64,000 bases of DNA from an uncultured Alphaproteobacteria bacterium (GTDB lineage Bacteria > Pseudomonadota > Alphaproteobacteria > Sphingomonadales > Sphingomonadaceae), in the NCBI GenBank assembly GCA_963837985.1, contig CAWIPN010000001.1:100418-164417 (forward strand). Reading direction: 5' to 3'. Below are positions 61,078 through 64,000 of the stretch, in pieces; positions within the stretch are counted from its first letter, which is position 1, and every line of letters starts with the position of its first letter. The position numbers and the translations under genes were made by a program. The notes beneath the pieces are model-generated. The model worked only from the letters and a program-made list of their open reading frames with translations. It made no database searches and was not told where the DNA came from.

Positions 61078-62127
61078 CTACCCCCTTCCGATCAGCCGCT
61101 GCGCCATCGCATCGGCGACCGCAGCAGGGTCTCGGCCCGTTTGCGCGCTTTCGGTCCAGATCTGGTCGAGGCGCCGCGGTATGCCCTCGATCCGCTCGCG
61201 AACAAGCTCGGCATCTCCGTCCCCGAGATATTCCGTGCAGACGTTGATGATTCCACCCGCGTTGATGACGTAGTCCGGCGCGTAAAGGATTCCGCGGCTG
61301 TCGAGGCGCGCACCGTCGGCAGCCGTGGCGAGTTGGTTGTTCGCGCCGCCGGCGACAATCGGCGTCTTCAGTTTGGAAATGCTCTCTTCGTCGAGGATCG
61401 CGCCGAGCGCGCAGGGGCTGACCACGTCCGCGTCAAGAAAGAGCACCTCGTCGGCAGGGACGACGGTTCCGTCCACGCGATCGGCGAGGGCCTTTGCCTT
61501 GCCCGCATCGACATCGGCGATCGACAGCTTCGCCCCTTCCGCAGCGGCGTGAGCGGCGACTCCCGTCGCGACGCTGCCGGCGCCCTGGAGGGCAATGTGG
61601 AGGCCATCCACGCTGTCCTTGCCCAGCGCCCGTTTGACGGCCGCCTTTATTCCAAGAAAAACTCCCAGCGACGTATGGGGTCCCGGATCGCCGCCGACCT
61701 GCTTCCCCTCGCTCGGAAGCCCGGCGACATACTGGGTCTGTCGCGCGACCTCGACCATGTCCTTGACGCTGATGCCGACGTCCTCGGCGGTGATGTAGCG
61801 CCCGCACAGGCGCTCTACGGCCTTGCCGAAAGCGGCCATCATTTGCGGCGATTTGTGCTTGTCCGGCGGCGCCAGGAGAACGGACTTGCCGCCACCGAGC
61901 GGAAGCCCGGCCATGGCGTTCTTGTAGCTCATCCCGCGCGACAGGCGCAGCGCGTCCGTGAGCGCGTCGGAAGGATCTTCGTAATGCCAGAAGCGAGCGC
62001 CGCCCGCTGCCGGGCCGAGATGGGTCGAGTGGATCGCAATGATCGCCCTCAGGCCGCACTCTGGCTCGTCGACGAAGTGAACGATTTCGTGCGCGTCGAA
62101 ATCGGGGAAACCCCAGGGCGTGTCCAT
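61078..62127 (-). CDS. Leu/Phe/Val dehydrogenase
   Basis: HSTHLGPAAGG.RF, LRLSRGMSYKNA.AGLPLGGGK, YITAEDVG, GGANNQL, YAPDYVINAGG. Confidence 0.93.
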   Translation of the reverse strand: MDTPWGFPDFDAHEIVHFVDEPECGLRAIIAIHSTHLGPAAGGARFWHYEDPSDALTDALRLSRGMSYKNAMAGLPLGGGKSVLLAPPDKHKSPQMMAAFGKAVERLCGRYITAEDVGISVKDMVEVARQTQYVAGLPSEGKQVGGDPGPHTSLGVFLGIKAAVKRALGKDSVDGLHIALQGAGSVATGVAAHAAAEGAKLSIADVDAGKAKALADRVDGTVVPADEVLFLDADVVSPCALGAILDEESISKLKTPIVAGGANNQLATAADGARLDSRGILYAPDYVINAGGIINVCTEYLGDGDAELVRERIEGIPRRLDQIWTESAQTGRDPAAVADAMAQRLIGRG

Positions 62128-62160
62128 TGCTGCTTGAATACCCGTCCAGTGAAGCGAAGG

Positions 62161-62238
62161 TGGGGCGATCGAGGGGACTTGAACCCCCGACCCCTGGTAC
62201 CACAAACCAGTGCTCTAACCAGCTGAGCTACGATCGCC
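62161..62238 (-). tRNA. tRNA-His(GTG) with encoded G-1 and C73
   Basis: Cloverleaf, anticodon loop TTGTGGT, CCA end. Confidence 0.95.
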
Positions 62239-62346
62239 ATAGTGCGCCAGAGATTGCTGCGAGAGCTTCCCCAGAGCGCGGGCGGTCCTTAGGGTCGGCG
62301 GCCCCTTAACGCAAGCCGAACGGAGGCGAAGCTGACGAACGAAACG

Positions 62347-62769
62347 ATGCGCAAGTTCGGCTATCCCGACACGCTCCTTCGCGAGTTCGATCACTGGGTC
62401 GTTCTCGTCCGGCCGGCGCAGGTCACCCTCGGCTCGCTCGTTCTCGCCGCGAAGAGCGACGCCACCGCCTGGTCCGATCTGCCGGACGAAGCTTTCGCCG
62501 AGCAGGCGCAGGCGATCCGCGCGGTCGAATGCGCGCTCGGCAGCTTCAGCCGCTACGAACGCATAAATTACCTGATGCTGATGATGGTGGACCCGCACGT
62601 CCACTTCCACGTCGTCCCGCGCTACTCTGGAAGGCGTTGCTGGAACGGGATCGACTTCCCCGATGCCGGCTGGCCGGGACCGCCTCAGCTCGGCTCGGCA
62701 GTCGCGCTGGACCCGAACCAGCTCGCCAGCCTTTGCGCCGAGCTGAAGCCGGTCGTTCAGCGAAGTTAG
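62347..62769 (+). CDS. HIT family hydrolase
   Basis: RPAQVTLGSL, NYLMLMMVDPHVHFHVVPRY histidine triad. Confidence 0.9.
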   Translation: MRKFGYPDTLLREFDHWVVLVRPAQVTLGSLVLAAKSDATAWSDLPDEAFAEQAQAIRAVECALGSFSRYERINYLMLMMVDPHVHFHVVPRYSGRRCWNGIDFPDAGWPGPPQLGSAVALDPNQLASLCAELKPVVQRS

Positions 62770-62836
62770 CAAACGGCGTTTACCTCTTGCAGTTGGCGAG
62801 CCGCAGGCACATGCACGCGCTTGGGAGAGGAGTACG

Positions 62837-63556
62837 ATGGACCTGAGTCGACGGCCACGATCGGCGGCCGCTGCGGGCGTGTCGCTGAAGGACACGCTTG
62901 TCGCCGCGGGACTGAGTGGCGAAGCCGCCGCCGCAGTCGATTCGATCCCTCACAAATATGTTGCAGCGGACCCGAAACGGCCGCTTCGTGAGATCGGGAC
63001 CGTCCGCGACGAAGTCCTGTTCGTCAGCACGGGCATTCTCGCCAAGGTGAAGCCCGACGGCGCCGGGCGGCGGCAAATCGTCGCGTTGCGCTTCCCCGGC
63101 GAGGGGATTCTACCGTCCGACGAACCCGCGAACTTCGCCGTGCAGGCGGTGGTCAAAAGCGAGGTCCGCATTGCAGGTGCCGAGGACTTTCACCGCGTCG
63201 TCGACAGCTCAGCCGAGCTGCGGCGTTTCTTCTGGCGCCTCGTCCACCGCAACGAGGCGATTGGTTACGAGTGGCTGGTCAACTGCGGCCGCCGCAACTC
63301 GACCGCACGAGTCGCTCACCTGCTGTGCGAGACAGCGACTCGAAGCGGGATCGACGGCGAACGCGAAACCATGGTCAATCCTTTTACCCAGCAGCAGATC
63401 GCCGACATCACCGGGCAGACGTCGGTCAACGTCAACCGAGTCTTCGCCGAGCTGGAGCGACAGGGGCTGATCGAAAGAAGCGGGCGCAACATCGCCTTCC
63501 GCGACTGGCGAGAGCTTCGCCGTATTGCGAGTTTCCACTCGACATATCTCGACTAG
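62837..63556 (+). CDS. Crp/Fnr family transcriptional regulator
   Basis: cNMP-like domain (GRRQIVALRFPGE), RVAHLLCE, HTH FTQQQIADITGQTSVNVNR; no Fnr Cys cluster. Confidence 0.9.
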   Translation: MDLSRRPRSAAAAGVSLKDTLVAAGLSGEAAAAVDSIPHKYVAADPKRPLREIGTVRDEVLFVSTGILAKVKPDGAGRRQIVALRFPGEGILPSDEPANFAVQAVVKSEVRIAGAEDFHRVVDSSAELRRFFWRLVHRNEAIGYEWLVNCGRRNSTARVAHLLCETATRSGIDGERETMVNPFTQQQIADITGQTSVNVNRVFAELERQGLIERSGRNIAFRDWRELRRIASFHSTYLD

Positions 63557-63623
63557 GCGCAGCCGATCGGATTGTGCCGGAGCACCGCCAGGATCGACGT
63601 CGTGGTGTTGCGTCTGGAAGGAA

Positions 63624-63698
63624 TGGTGGGCGCGGCAAGGATTGAACTTGCGACCCCTGCGGTGTGAACACAGTGCTCTACCACTGAGCTACGCGCCC
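63624..63698 (-). tRNA. tRNA-Val(CAC)
   Basis: Cloverleaf, anticodon loop TTCACAC, CCA end. Confidence 0.95.
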
Positions 63699-63766
63699 GA
63701 ACCGTTTCCAAAGCCCTTCGGGGGCCGGTTGCGGGAGGCCGCATATAGCCGCCCAATCGACCCTGT

Positions 63767-64000
63767 CTAGCTTTGGACTGCGTCCTTCAGCACCTTGCCC
63801 GGACGAAACTTCGGCTGGGAGGTCGCCTTGATCTGCATGGGCTCGCCGGTACGCGGATTGCGGCCCGTGGACGCCTTTCGACGAGTCACGGAAAAATTGC
63901 CGAAACCGACCAGCCGGACCTCATCGCCGCGCTTGAGCGCAGACGTAATCACATCGAGAACCGTTTCCACCGCCCTGCCGGCTTCGCCACGGCTCAATCC
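63767..64000 (-). CDS. hup: HU family DNA-binding protein (5' end beyond window)
   Basis: V.LVGFGNF.V..R.A..GRNPRTGE...I.A...PKF.PGK.LK. Confidence 0.93.
   Translation of the reverse strand, partial: GLSRGEAGRAVETVLDVITSALKRGDEVRLVGFGNFSVTRRKASTGRNPRTGEPMQIKATSQPKFRPGKVLKDAVQS

Noticed and set aside
62161-62238. Unusual tRNA-His identity
   Set aside because: It retains the standard G-1:C73 pair, so it is not the G-1-less type of some other alphaproteobacteria.
62770-62800. EcfG promoter upstream of the Crp/Fnr gene (CAAAC..AGTT)
   Set aside because: Two or more mismatches to GGAAC/CGTT; not distinguishable from chance.

Overview
GC-rich alphaproteobacterial chromosome segment, most likely Sphingomonadaceae (inferred from gene content, synteny and a tRNA-His that keeps G-1:C73). 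It is mostly housekeeping: rpsB-tsf, pyrH-frr-uppS-cdsA-dxr-rseP-bamA-skp-fabZ, psd-pssA, icd, alaS, mtgA, dnaE, proS-lolE-lolD, kup, ald, ccmC-D-E-F-G-H plus a TPR gene, HU and three tRNAs (Met, His, Val). Accessory material includes: (i) two tandem TonB-dependent receptors; (ii) a cobalamin riboswitch with btuB and a divergent DUF6580-like membrane protein; (iii) a ~7.3 kb block between lolD/LprI and dnaE that encodes a six-gene chaperone-usher pilus with two chaperones, a LuxR-type regulator, a CtrA-like box and a stand-alone Cas2/VapD-like protein; (iv) an orphan ModA-like binding protein and an exported DsrE-like protein at the tRNA-Met 3' end, next to a 46-bp tandem repeat and a hairpin-rich, apparently non-coding stretch; (v) three small genes with EcfG-type general-stress promoters. 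Two frameshifts (alaS C-terminus, major pilin) and some odd codons suggest consensus errors, so sequence-level anomalies need read-level checking. No integrase, transposase, prophage or CRISPR array was seen. All family assignments come from motif recognition by eye; no database search was run.
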